This document shows, piece by piece, positions 13,106-25,415 of a stretch of 64,000 nucleotides of DNA (positions are counted from its first letter, which is position 1; every line of letters begins with the position of its first letter). A model generated the notes under the pieces. It ran no database searches. It was not told the origin of the DNA and saw only the letters and a list, made by a program, of their open reading frames with translations. The position numbers were made by a program, and so were the translations under genes. Origin of the DNA: Octopus sinensis (Eukaryota); NCBI RefSeq assembly GCF_006345805.1, contig NC_042997.1:129084001-129148000 (forward strand), written 5' to 3'.

Positions 13106-13110
<5 letters not shown>
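12631..13110. repeat. Exact 257-bp tandem duplication; each unit ends in an about 62-bp-arm inverted repeat
   Basis: Unit starts at 12633 and 12890, separated by (TA)n; arms at about 12710-12771 and 12794-12855. Confidence 0.95.
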
Positions 13111-13177
<67 letters not shown>

Positions 13178-13224
13178 GTGTACCTGTATGTGTGTGTGTA
13201 TGTCTATACATATACATATATATA

Positions 13225-13835
13225 CAGGGTGTCCCAAAAGTCACTGATGCGTTTCAATTTTTAATAACTTCCTTAGCTTTACAAATAAACACATAAAATC
13301 TTGATACACTATAAAGGACATAATGGAAATTAATATGCACAAGTCAAATTTTCCACACTACTACATCACATATGAAAAATGACATTGCTTAAATGGTAGC
13401 CATTTTCAGCTTTACACACCCGTGCTCTTTCCAAAACTTGCACCATAGCATCCTCAAAGGTTTCAGACTCCACTTCTCTGATTTCTCTATTCTTGTTCTC
13501 CTTCAGTTGCACCAGGGTCTCCAGTTTGTTGATGTAAACCCTCTCTTTCAGGTATCCCCACAAGAAAAAATCTGGGCTAGTCAAGTTTGGGGATTGTGAA
13601 GGCCATTCAAAGTAGACCTCACACATGGTTCCAGCAAGATGGGGCAACTGCTCATACTGCAAGAGAAACAATGCTGTTGCTACTGCAGTGCTTTGATGTA
13701 GTGGTGTTGCAAAATTTGACGTGTGCATATTAATTTCCATGTCTTTTATATTGTATCAAAATTTCATGCATTTACTTGTAAAATTAAGGAAGTTATTAAA
13801 AATTGAAACCCATCAGGGACTTTTGGGACACCCTG
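13225..13835 (-). mobile_element. Internally deleted Tc1/mariner element with long TIRs
   Basis: TA|CAGGGTGTCCCAAAAGTC ... GACTTTTGGGACACCCTG|TA; about 140-bp inverted arms; internal WPSQSPNLTSPDFFLWGYLKERVY..ENGYHL. Confidence 0.9.
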
Positions 13836-14264
13836 TATTTATAAATATATATAAAGAGTTATTAAAAAGGGATTATCAATCCAGGGAAAATATTTCTTAA
13901 GCTCTCTGCCGAGAAAAGGCTTTTAGATTGGTATAGAACTCCAGGTAATCCTTAAGCAAAATCTGAAGTTGAAGTCCCTCATTAGTTGACTTTGTAAATC
14001 TATGCATTACTCAGTTAATATTACAGAGTGATATACAAGAAAAGACATAAATAATAGGCTTTACATATTTATTTATTTGATGCACAAATAAATATGTTAA
14101 GCCTTTTATTTATGCCTTTCCTGTGTGTGTGTATGTGTACCTCAAGAAGACCTGTACTCTGTAGCAGAAGCATTTAAGACTGTTCCCTATAGTGGTGAAG
14201 AGCACTTATGGTGGTACTATGTAAAAGCATCCATGAGGGCCCACATAAAAGCTCCTGTGTGATG

Positions 14265-14430
14265 CCACGTAAAAGCACCCAGTTTACTCTGTAAAATGGT
14301 TGGCATTAAGAATGGCATCCAGCCATAGAAATGAGATTCGAGGCTAGTGCTGCTCCCCAGTTTGCCAGCTCTGATCAAACTGTCCAACCCATGCCGGCAT
14401 AGACAGTGAATGTTAAATGATGATGATATA
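14265..14430 (+). mobile_element. Degenerate RTE 3'-end fragment
   Basis: GGTTGGCATTAAGAATGGCATCCAGCC..CCAACCCATGC..AAATGATGATGAT. Confidence 0.7.
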
Positions 14431-14447
14431 TATATATATATATATGT

Positions 14448-15776
14448 GAAGACCTGTTGAGGCAAGTGAAAATCAAATCAAAACAAATCAAAATAGATGA
14501 ACATCAATGGAATCTGTATCTTTGTGGTACCAGTGCCGGTGGCACACACTTTGTGGTACCAGTGCCGGTGGCACACATGAGAACCATCCGAACGTGGCCG
14601 TAGCCAGTTCCGCATCGACCGGCCTCCGTGCTGTGGGCACGTAACAAACACCATCCGATCATGGCCGTTCGCCAGCCTCATCTGGCACCTGTGTCGGTGG
14701 CACATAAAAACACCTTCCGAAGACCCGGCAAGACTAGTCAGTCCACCTGTGCATACCTTCCTTCCTTCTTGTGACACTTGTGAAGACCGGTTGAGGCAAG
14801 TGAAAATCAAATCAAATCAAATCAAAATAGACAAAATAGATGAACATCAATGGAATTTGTATCTTGTGGTACCAGTGCCTGTGGCACACAAGAAATCCAT
14901 CAGTGCCGTAGTCAGTGCGGTGGGCACATGACAAACACCATCCGATCGTGGCCGTTCGCCAGCCTCATCTAGCACCTGTGTCGGTGGCACATAAAAACAC
15001 CATCCGAAGACCCGGCAAGACTAGTCAGGCCATAACCCATGGCCCCTACCTGGGACGTAGTCAGTCCACCTGTGCATACCTTCCTTCTTGTGACACTTGT
15101 GAAGACCTGTTGAGGCAAGTGAAAATCAAATCAAATCAAAACAAATCAAAATAGATGAACATCAATGGAATTTGTATCTTTGTGGTACCAGTGCCGGTGG
15201 CACGTGGCACATAAGAAAACCATCCGAACGTGGCCGTAGCCAGTACCGCATCGACTGGCCTCCGTGCTGTGGGCACGTAACAAGCACCATCCGATCGTGA
15301 CCGTTTGCCAGCCTCATCTGGCACCTGTGTCGGTGGCACATAAAAACACCAAAACACCATCCGAGCGTGGCCGTCTGCCAGCCTCGTCTGGCACCTGTGT
15401 CGGTGGCACATAAAAACACCATCCGAGCGTGGCCGTCTGCCAGCCTCGTCTGGCACCTGTGTCGGTGGCACATAAAAACACCATCCGAGCGTGGCCGTCT
15501 GCCAGCCTCGTCTGGCACCTGTGTCGGTGGCACATAAAAAAACACCATCCGAGCGTGGCCGTTTGTCAGCCTCGTCTGGCACCTGTGTCGGTGGCACATA
15601 AAATCACCCACTACACTCTCGGAGTGGTTGGCGTTAGGAAGGGCATCCAGCTGTAGAAACACTGCCAGATCTGACTGGACTGGTGCAGCTTTCGGGCTCC
15701 CCAGACCCCAGTTGAACCGTCCAACCCATGCTAGCATGGAAAGCGGACGTTAAATGATGATGATGATGATGATGAT
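14448..15776 (+). repeat. Higher-order tandem array of RTE 3'-UTR modules ending in an RTE terminus
   Basis: About 330-bp module starts near 14448, 14780 and 15104; 62-bp units at 15288, 15357, 15419, 15481 and 15545; standard RTE end and (GAT)n to 15776. Confidence 0.9.
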
Positions 15777-15829
15777 ATATATATGTATGTATATATATAT
15801 ATATGTGTGTGTGTATGAATATATATATG

Positions 15830-15860
<31 letters not shown>

Positions 15861-15942
15861 ATGAATATATATATATATATATGTACATACATATACATAC
15901 TCATCTCCTAGTATAATAATGAGCCATAGTGTTTATATATAT

Positions 15943-16004
<62 letters not shown>

Positions 16005-16478
16005 TTGTCCAAAATCACAGGCTAGGAGTAGGACAGAGTAGGAGAAAGAGTAGTGTTAGTGAAGGGAGAAGAGAGAAAATGGTAATTCGGTAAAGAAGTA
16101 GTGAGAGTAATAACCTTGACTGAGAGAGAGTGAGAGAAAGTAATAGCAATGGAGAAAGGAAGAGATGAATAAGGAAGGAAGGGATGAAAAAAACTCAGCA
16201 TTTCAACTCTCTGTATGTGTGTGTGTGTGCAATGGAAATGGGCTGGTGAACATTCAACGCTGAAAAGAAAAATCAAACAGCATTTCAACTCTGTTTGAGT
16301 GTATGTATGTGTGTGTACAAGGGAAGTATGCAAATGTTTGTATGTGTGATTCTTATGTACCTTATTTTGTAACTTATTTATATATAAAATACTACAATTA
16401 GCCATCATTTTTGATGGCACAGGGTCACCTCGTTTATAATACAGCAATAAAAGACAACAGTCTTAACAGTAAAACATA

Positions 16479-17760
16479 CGAGGGGCATTCAATAAGTAAT
16501 GCCCCTGACCCACTTCCCATAACAGTAGAGCAACGAAACTTGGCACAGTTATTAGTCTTTTTCTACATAGGAACCATCCAGAGTTACGCATTTCTCCCAT
16601 CGTTTGATGCAGCTCTGGAGACCGTTTTTGTAGAAGACCCCAGCTTGGTTCTCCAGCCATGATGTGACTTCAGAAATCAAGGCTGCATCATCTGGGAAAC
16701 GCTTTCCTTTCATTGCTGGGAAGAGGTGAAAATCAGAGGGTGCATGGTCAGGAGAGTAGGGGGAATGTGGGAGGAGTTCATAGCCGCACGCCTGTGCTTC
16801 TGATCTGGCGACACGCAAGTTGTGGACCGGAGTGTTGTCCTGCAGGATGAGGATGCCTTTGCTGATCTTGCCCCACCTCTTGAATTTGATAGCTTCTCTT
16901 AATTTCCTCAAAAGTGAAGCATAATAGGCTCCTGTAATTGTGGTACCCTTTGCCAGGAAATCTGTCATCACTACTCCGTCCTGGTCCCAGAAGACTGTGA
17001 GCATGACCTTGCCAGTGGAGGGCTGCACCCTTGCCTTCTTTGGAGGAGGTGAGTCACGGTGCTTCCACTGCATTGACTGGGCTTTGGTCTCTGAATCATA
17101 GTGATGGACCCAGGTTTCATCCTGTGTAATCAGTCTTTTGAAAAATTTTGACTCATCGTCTTGGCACATCTCCAAATTCATCCTTGAGCACTCGACGCGT
17201 TCTTGCTTCTGGAAAAGTGTGAGCAACCTGGGAATCCATCTGGCAGACACCTTTTGCATATGCAAATGGTCATGAATGATAGTTTCCACAGACCCAGTAC
17301 TAATCTTGACCTCATGGGCTATTTGGCGAATAGTTATGTGTCGATCTTCCAAAATGGCAGCCTCAACTTGACGGACAGATGTCTCATCAATGGCAGAAGT
17401 GGGGGTGACCAGATCTGGGAGCTGTTTCCACAGAGTTCCGACCATATTTGAATTCACGATGCCAGCGTTTTACAAGGTCATATGATGGGGCATCATCACC
17501 ATAAGTTACTTTCATTTCATCAAAAGTCTCCCGTGGTTTGCGTCCTTTCAAATACAAAAACTGGATCACTGCTCGACACTCAACAGGCTCCATTTCACAC
17601 TTGACTCAGTTCAAACACCTGTGAATCAGAAACCACAATTAGTTTAGAGCTGTCATTTTCCACTTAATCTATAGAGATATAAATAATTGCACATGCAAAA
17701 TTTCAGCTAGATCAAACAACTGCAAGTGGGTCAGGGGCATTACTTATTGAATGTCCCTCG
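16479..17760 (-). mobile_element. Full-length mariner (DD34D) transposon, 1282 bp
   Basis: TA TSD at 16477-78 and 17761-62; near-perfect TIR CGAGGGGCATTCAATAAGTAATGCCCCTGACCCACTT (1 mismatch). Confidence 0.97.
16552..17593 (-). pseudogene. Mariner transposase with one frameshift near 17400
   Basis: N-terminal HTH in ORF 17387-17593; ORF 16552-17457 has WIPRLL, TQDETW, QDN(34 aa)SDF and YSPD motifs; about 4 aa missing before GKRF. Confidence 0.93.
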
Positions 17761-18748
17761 TACAATATTAAAAACACAATATTTAAAAAAAATTAGGTAA
17801 ACTGTTTCCAAATATTACGAATTCTAACATTCACTCACATCCTATAAATAACCCCACCGAATATAAAAATCAACAACACATAAGAAGACACTATAGATTT
17901 TTCAAGTATAGCAATAATGATAGAGGACAGAATAGGAACTATTCTGGAAGGAAACAGGAAATTGTATGGTTTACATCCCCGTTCTCCCTCCAGGTAAAAA
18001 AACCTCCCTAAGTTATTTTTTAGCGTTATTGATAGGAACTGCCCATCTGGTCATAAATACCATTCCATATTTAATAGATCATGTCTTAAATTATCCTATT
18101 CTGCCACACTCAATCTTGGATCTATCATTGCAGCAAATAACAGACTAAATCTTAGAAATAACAAAACCATTAGAGATAATCTAGCTGATCCTAACATGAT
18201 GAACAATAATAAGGACTTGGATGTTTAAAATAGTAAGACTAAACCCGGAAACAAAATAAAAAACATGTAATTGTCGTAATAGGGAATTTTGTCCCCTTAA
18301 AGGCTTCTATTTAAGGAGAAATACCATATATAAGGTCGAAGTCTCAAATCTAAATGAACCTAGAAAGATTTACATAGGTAGTACCTTTGACTTTAAAAGT
18401 AGATATAGGGCACATATAAACTTGTTCACTAACCACAAAACAAAAAACTCAACTACACTCCCAACCTACATCAATAGATTAAAAATGAACAGCAAATAAT
18501 TTAGTATGAATTGGCCTATAATAAGGGAAGCCACACCATATAATACACACATGAAGAATTGTGATTTATGCACAAAGGAGGTGATCCACATAATCCAAGC
18601 CAACAAAAATAGTTTACTCAGTAAATAATCTGATGTTATAATTACCTGTAGACACAAATATCTTTCAACATTTAAAGTTTTCAAAAATAATTAAACTATA
18701 GGATTCTAATTTAGCCTTTCTTCATATTATGGACTCTCCTAAAACGTT

Positions 18749-19403
18749 ATCTATATATATAAAACTGTAGTTGTGTGAGTGTCTGTCTCCTACGATTTAG
18801 ATTCCTAACTATTCCCACATTTTGCGGTGCAGTTTAACCAAATTCGGGTATCTTATAGTCGTGATTCATATTGAGCCCGTCTGGGTATTAGCATGAGTCT
18901 ACGATTTAAAAAATAATTTAACATCATTTTTTTCCATTTTAACGCATATTTTTTCGTGTGTCAATGGCGGCGGAGTTGGCGTCCATGGTCACACCTGCAC
19001 CTGTGTTGCTTCTTCCCCTTCTTCCCTCCCTCGTGAAGCTGTGGGGAAGGGAGTGTAAGGAAATCAACGTCGTAAAGCATTGTCAAGGAGACCAGCGTTC
19101 TTTTAGAACAACAACTTCATGGCTTGAAGATACCAAAACAGAAATGGCTAAGAAAGCGTCTACGATTTTAAAAAAAATTTGCCATCATTTTTTCCATTTT
19201 AATGCATTTTTTCGCTATTATATAAGGGAAGTAACTCTCTAAAATGGTCTACAATGAGTCAACGATTAAAAAAAAAAATTACCATCATTTTTTATTCCAT
19301 TTTTAATGCATTTTTTGGCTAATTTTTTTGCTATAACTCTCTAAAAATGCTTATATAGTTATTTCCCTTACAAACCCGAGCAACACTGGGCGATACTGCT
19401 AGT
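18749..19403 (-). mobile_element. Non-autonomous Helitron/Helentron-like element
   Basis: Minus-strand start ACTAGCAGTATCGCCCAGTGTTGCTCGGG (hairpin), other end TTTATATATATAGAT; same family as 28812-29203; three internal copies of an about 55-bp motif. Confidence 0.55.
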
Positions 19404-19539
19404 ATTATATATAGGTCGTAATATACCTTATATTATACATTGTGTTTAATATCATATGCCCGAAGATAATGGTCCAATCAAACATTTGATTTTTATTTAA
19501 TACACCTTTTCTTTTAAAATTTTAACCTTGTGATTCTGT

Positions 19540-19630
19540 TAACTCTGATGAGAGAAATATAGTGTATTACTATGGTTGGAATTAGCTCACCCATAGCAAC
19601 CTATATCTTTTTGAAACAGCCGTAAGATTT
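19540..19630 (+). ncRNA. Type I hammerhead-ribozyme-like motif in the Penelope 3' region
   Basis: CTGATGA (19545-51), long stem II GAGAAATATAG/CTATATCTTTT, GAAA (19613-16), CAGCCGTA; stem I degenerate. Confidence 0.55.
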
Positions 19631-19985
19631 TATACATGTTCTAGACTCCTTATGAATCATTTTACATCCGCTTTATCATCCTCTTCATTCGGACTTTGCA
19701 AGTACATTTATGGACTTACACTTTTTATATATTTATATTTATGAATTTTTATTCTGTTTATAAATTTTTATATGTGTATGAATTTTTATATATTTATAAA
19801 TTTTTGTGTATATGTATGTATCTATAAATTCTTGGAAATTTTTTTTATATCATATAGATGAATGCATCTATGTATGTACTTTGTATACCGTGGAGAATTT
19901 CATTAATATGGATTGAATGAATATATACATTGGCCTTTGAATTTGTTTTCTCCTCTCCTTAATTATATATATATATATATATATA

Positions 19986-21228
19986 TCAGGTTGAATCAAA
20001 AGGTTTTTCATATTTCCAGCTTTAATTAATAGTTTAAACAAATTACATATGAAAAGCATTTATTCATCAAAATATATGCCATTGTATTCTAGTGTGTTTC
20101 CATCTTTGTGTCAGAAGCTCAATTCCATGCTTAAACCACTTGGCTTGTTTAGAAACCAAAAACTCCCTGCACCTATTTTCACCCTCTTCCACTTGTTGAA
20201 CCTCCATCTGTACAGGAAATGACCTATGGTTCAGAAAGGGTGGCACTCTGATGGTGCAAGATCTGAGGAGGATGAGGCAGCACTTCCAGCCGTTCAAGTT
20301 TTCACTTGGCTGCATTGGCAATATATACTGGGGCATTGTTATACTGTAATGGTGTGTATCTTTGATTAACCAATGACGAATTGCAAGCTTTGAAAGCATC
20401 ATATACTCACTGCAGTTGTTGAGCATAAAGGTTAACATTCACAACATTACCATCTGGTACAAACTCAAAGTGCATCACCCCTTTGAAATTCCACCCAACG
20501 CACAGCATGACTTTCTATTTTAAGTGCCTTTGTTTGCCAACAGCTACTGAAGTATGGCTGGAATGAAGCCACTGATTTCTTTTATTAGGATTATGAATAT
20601 AGATCCATTTTCATCCCCAGTTACAATTAAATGCCAAAAACAAGCATCTTGAGAATTTGCTAGCAGTCATTTGCAAATGTTCACATGTCATTGAGCCTGG
20701 TCATTGATCAATTATTGAGGAGCTTTTTGACAAAGGCAATTGTTCACAAGGCTGAGCTTATGGATAAGTCAATTGACAGTGCTTTGTGAAGGACCAAGTC
20801 CTGCAAATGTACACATGCTTGTATTTGGCTATTTGTCAGCCTTTTCAAGCAACACCTCATCTTCTACAACAGAATGTCTCCCCGACCTTGGTTTGTCTTT
20901 GAGGCTGGTATCACTTTCCTTAAAACATCTGAACCAGTTTTGTTCATTGACAGTTTTTGGACCTCCCACATTATTCATTTCTTTTGCTGCTGCCCTTACA
21001 CTCTGTCATTTTTACTGCAAGTAGTGTAAAATGGCTCTAATTACAATTTTTTCTCTACTCAAAGCTGTAAAACAAGAATAATCAATGTTTTTATGTCATA
21101 TATGAAAATAAAAAATAAACCATTCAACTGCAATTGGACAAGTTGTATCAAATTAATGATATAATATGAAGATGCAAGTTACCAAAAATTATCAGTAAAA
21201 ATCTGAAAAAACTTTTGGCTCAAACCAG
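19986..21228 (-). mobile_element. Full-length degenerate mariner
   Basis: Imperfect TIRs TCAGGTTGAATCAAAAGGTTTTTCA / CTGGTTTGAGCCAAAAGTTTTTTCA flanked by TA; C-terminus WFKHGIELLTQRWKH. Confidence 0.75.
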
Positions 21229-21262
21229 TACATGTTTACATATATATATGTATATATATATA

Positions 21263-21594
21263 TTCCTGGTGAAGGCCAGTTTATGGGGTTACCCTAGGTT
21301 TCCTGTCCATATAGGCTTTAACTTTATGCCATATTGTCAGACCCCAAGACCTGTTGGAAGTTGATAGCTAACAAGATAGGGAGATAATCCCCTATTGTTT
21401 ACCCTCATAGCTGAATGATGGTGTACGCCCGGAAGTCAATAGCCATTAGCAAAGGAAGATAATCCAGATTTTTCCCCTCCATATTTTAAAGAATCTTAAA
21501 CCAACAGATCTTGGGGCCTGACGATATGCCATAAAGTTAAACCCTTTATGGATGGAAACCCAGGGTAACAACATAAACAGGCCTTCACCAAGAA
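21263..21594. mobile_element. MITE with about 95-bp inverted arms
   Basis: TTCCTGGTGAAGGCC..CCCCAAGACCTGTTGG mirrored at about 21505-21594. Confidence 0.8.
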
Positions 21595-21678
21595 AAATAT
21601 AGACTGCTCTACTTCTTAGAGTGTGCTTCTTTTCTGGATTTATGTTTTTCTAAAAATGATGTATATATGTGTATACAC

Positions 21679-23510
21679 CACTGATGCCATATTTCTGGTA
21701 AGACAGCTGCAGGAGAAATACCTAGCCAAAGATAAGCCTCTGTACCTGGCTTTCATTGACATGGAGAAAGCCTTTGACAGGGTCCCCTGATCCCTTATCT
21801 GGTGGTCAATGAGGAAACTAGGGATAGATGAATGGCTAGTGAGAGCTGTGCAAGTCATGTACAGAGACGCTGTAAGTAAGGTGAGGGTTGGCAACTAGTA
21901 CACTAAAGAATTCAGGGTAGAGGTAAGGGTCCACCAAGGTTCAGTCCTCAGCCCCCTCCTATTTATCATAGTCCTCCAGGCAATAACGGAAGAATTCAAG
22001 ACAGGATGCCCCTGGGAGCTCCTATATATTGATGACCTTGCTCTAATTGCTGAGTCACTATCAGAACTAGAGGCAAAGTTTCAAGTGTGGAGACAAGGAT
22101 TAGAATTGAAGGGCCTTAAAATAAACCTAGCTAAAACCAAAGTCCTAATATGTAGGAAGGCAGGCAAATCACAAATGCCTTCAGGTAGATGGCCCTGCTT
22201 GATCTGTAGAAAAGGCATAGGTAGAAACTCTATAAGATGCACCAAGTGTAAGCTATGGACACATAAGAGGTGCAGCAATGTCCAAGGAAGGCTAACTGGG
22301 AAGATAGTTTTTGTATGTGGCAGATGCTCAGGAGCAATAAACACTGAAAATGCGCAGAGACCAACTTCCACCACATTCCAGGGAGAAAAACAAGAAATTG
22401 TTGATAGCTTCTGTTACCTAGGTGACCAAGTCAGTAGCAGGGGTGGGTGTGCTGAAAGTGTAACTGCTGGAGTAAGAATAGCCTGGGCAAAGTTCAGAGT
22501 GCTCTTACCTCTGCTGGTGGCAAAAGGCCTCTCGCTCAGAGTAAAAGGCAGACTGTATGATGCATGTGTACGAACATGAGGATATGAGCAAGCTCGCAAG
22601 AAATGAAGCCAGTATGCTCCAATGGATGTGTAATGTCAGTGTTCATACTTGACAGAGTGTAAGTACCTTGAGAGAAAAGATGGACCTAAGAAGCATCAGT
22701 TGTGGTGTGCAAGAGAGATGTTTGCATTGGTATGGTCATGTAGCGAGAATGGATGAAGATAGTTGTGTGAAAAAGTGCCACACCCTAGCGGTTGAGGGAA
22801 CCTGTGGAAGAGGTAGACCCAGGAAAACCTGGGACGAGGTGGTGAAGCACAACCTTTGAACTTTAGGTCTCACCGAGGAAATGACCAGAGACTGAGACCT
22901 TTGGAAGTATGCTGTGCGTGGAAAGACCCGGCAGGACAAGTGAGGCCATAACCTCATGGCCTCTACCTGGGATGTAGCCAGTCCACTTATGCATACCTTT
23001 CCTTCTTGTGACACAAACCCTACTTGTGAAGACCTGTTGAGGCAAGTGAAAATCAAAATTGAGGCAAGTGAAAAAAGTGAAAATCAAAGTCAAAATCGAT
23101 CAACATCAATGGAAATTGTAGCTGTGATACCATTGCCGGTGGCACGTAAGAGAACCATCCGAACGTGGCCATTGCCAGTGCAGCCCCGACTGGCCTCTGT
23201 GCCGGTGGCACGTAAAAAGCACCATCCGATTGTGGCTGTTGCCAGTCTCGCCTGGCCCCCGTGCCGGTGGCACGTAAAAAGCACCATCCGATCGTGGCTG
23301 TTTGCCAGCCTTGTCTGGCACCTGTGCAGGTGGCATGTAGAAAGCACCCACTACACTCACAGAGAGGTTGGCATTAGGAAGGGCATCCAGCTGTAGAAAC
23401 ACTGCCAGATCAGACTGGGCCTGGTGCAGCCTTCTGGCTTCCCAGACCCCAGTTGAACCGTCCAACCCATGCTAGCATGGAAAATGGACGTTAAACGATG
23501 AAGATGATAT
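21679..23510 (+). mobile_element. 5'-truncated RTE-clade LINE (RT through 3' tail)
   Basis: FIDMEKAFDRVP, GVHQGSVLSPLLF-like, LLYIDDL; ORF 22085-22579; four hairpin modules in the UTR; GATGAAGATGAT tail; several stops. Confidence 0.92.
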
Positions 23511-23688
23511 TCCATCCATGCTGTAAAGTAGTTAGCATTAGGAAGGGCATCCAGCCATAAAAACCATGCCAAAGCAAACATTGGAGCTCAATGCAGTCCT
23601 TAGATACATCAGACCTTGTCAAACCACCTAACTCATGTCAGCATGGAACATGGACATTAGATGATGATGATGATGATGATGATGATTG

Positions 23689-23727
<39 letters not shown>

Positions 23728-25044
23728 AACAGTTATATGTAGTTGTTTATATGTCATGCTTTGGTTGAGACTTAAAGTTCAATTGCTTGGTATCACCAAA
23801 TGAGTAATGGATTTGTTTGAAAATTCGTGGAATAAATGACAGGAAAATAATAGTTGAAATGGCCTTATTTTACCATTATAATACTGAAAAAGAATAAGTA
23901 CTTCAAGTTGAAGTTTTGTTGTTCATTTTGTAAGTAGTTAATTTCATCTTTAGTTAACTGCTTGGAGACAGATCTGTTGGTTTGTTTTCATCCCCTTAAA
24001 TCTCCATAAGTAGCAGATTTTAAAAAATACAAGTACTAGAATTGATTTTTTTGTCTGAACCCTTCAAGATGGTACTTCAGTATGAATACGGTCAAATGAC
24101 TGAAACAAGTAAAAGATAATATAAATATAAAAAGCAAAAAACAATTATTAAAACAAAATTAACGGAACTTTATTGAAATTTCAAGGATGTAAGATATTTT
24201 TAGCATAAAATTTATTTATCACTTGACATTGCTTGCTAGCTACAAGGTCTTTAATACATGGTTGAATTCCTGTTAGAATATAACTTAAGTTGCTATGACA
24301 TTCAGCTTGTTTCTGTATTGGTTCTTAACAGCAATAAGTGTTGAAGATGCTACTTTAGAAAGATACGTAGTTGTGAACACTGCCAGCATCTTAAGATGCC
24401 GGATAACCAAAGGTCTTCTCAGTTCTCAGACAAGAAATATCCTTGAAAAAACTATGCTCTTCCTAAAAAAATTCATCATCATCATCATTGTCATTATCAT
24501 TTACCATCCATTTTCCATGCTGGCATGGGTTGGATGGTTTGACAGGGCTGTGTTGAGTTCCAATGTCAACTTTGATGTGGCTTTGATGGCTAGATGCCTT
24601 TCATGACATCAACCATGGGTTGTCATGGGTCCTAATGAGATCACCAAGCAACTTGCAAGATAAATAAAGAAGAGGAAAAATGCTCCTCAACTGAGTGGGT
24701 GGGGTGTATTTGAGGTAGCTGTGGTGGCTTTATGCCTACACCTTTCCTACATATTGAGCAGAGGGCCATTTTCCTGAATGAGAAAAGTCTTGTCTGTTTT
24801 TTTCTGCTTACTCAAACTTTGATCTTTGTTAAGTTAACTTTTAGGCCTTTAATTTAGATTGTGCCTTTCCGTATCTCAATTCTCTCTGACACACTATCTT
24901 GTAATCCAAACACTTCACACTTCTGACTCTCACTCTGTAAGACATCGGCAAACCTCTTACTTTCTGTTTCTGTCCTTGCACACATAGACACACATGTAAA
25001 TATACACCTATACAAACACACACATGTATAGGCATGTAAGCATA

Positions 25045-25415
25045 CAAGGTAGTATACCCAGAAATAACTGGAAACATTCTCTGAGGGACAGATCCACTGT
25101 AGTTCAAGCCTCTGCTGCTAGAAGCCACTTTATTGTGATCCTCAGGTATCAGTCTGCCAATCAGCAGCAGTGGACGTGGTTTTACTGCCATGTGGTGCGT
25201 CTTTGTTTTGCAGTGCTTCTCCCTGTTTCTTGATTTTTGCAATGACTGAAACAAAAGAACAACATGCTTACATGAAATTCTGTTTTCTGCTGGGTAAACG
25301 GCGGCCAAAACAGTTGTCATGCTTCAAACAGCTTACAAGGACGCTACCATGAGCAAAACACAAGTTTACAAGTTGTTTCCAAGCTTTAGGAATTGTCACT
25401 TGTCACTCGAAAACC
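25045..25415 (+). mobile_element. Mariner 5' end fragment
   Basis: TA|CAAGGT.. TIR-like start; MTETKEQHAYMKFCFLLGK..(frameshift)..VVMLQTAYKDATMSKTQVYKLF. Confidence 0.7.

Larger units (their letters stand above)
16340..18745 (+). mobile_element. Penelope-like element (thumb/linker and GIY-YIG endonuclease), interrupted by a mariner
   Basis: Translation with stops: HKYHSIFNRSCLKLSYS..CNCRNREFCPL..IYKVEV..KIYIGSTFDFKSRYRAH..CDLCTKE..CRHK. Confidence 0.85.

Noticed and set aside
15288-15600. CRISPR-like array of about 62-bp repeats
   Set aside because: Units are contiguous with no unique spacers, derive from the RTE 3' UTR, and there are no cas genes; eukaryotic context.
24295-24606. 103-aa ORF or exon candidate near 24315-24410
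   Set aside because: Frames are contradictory (one resembles a decayed integrase zinc finger, RSCEHCQ), and it ends in an RTE tail.
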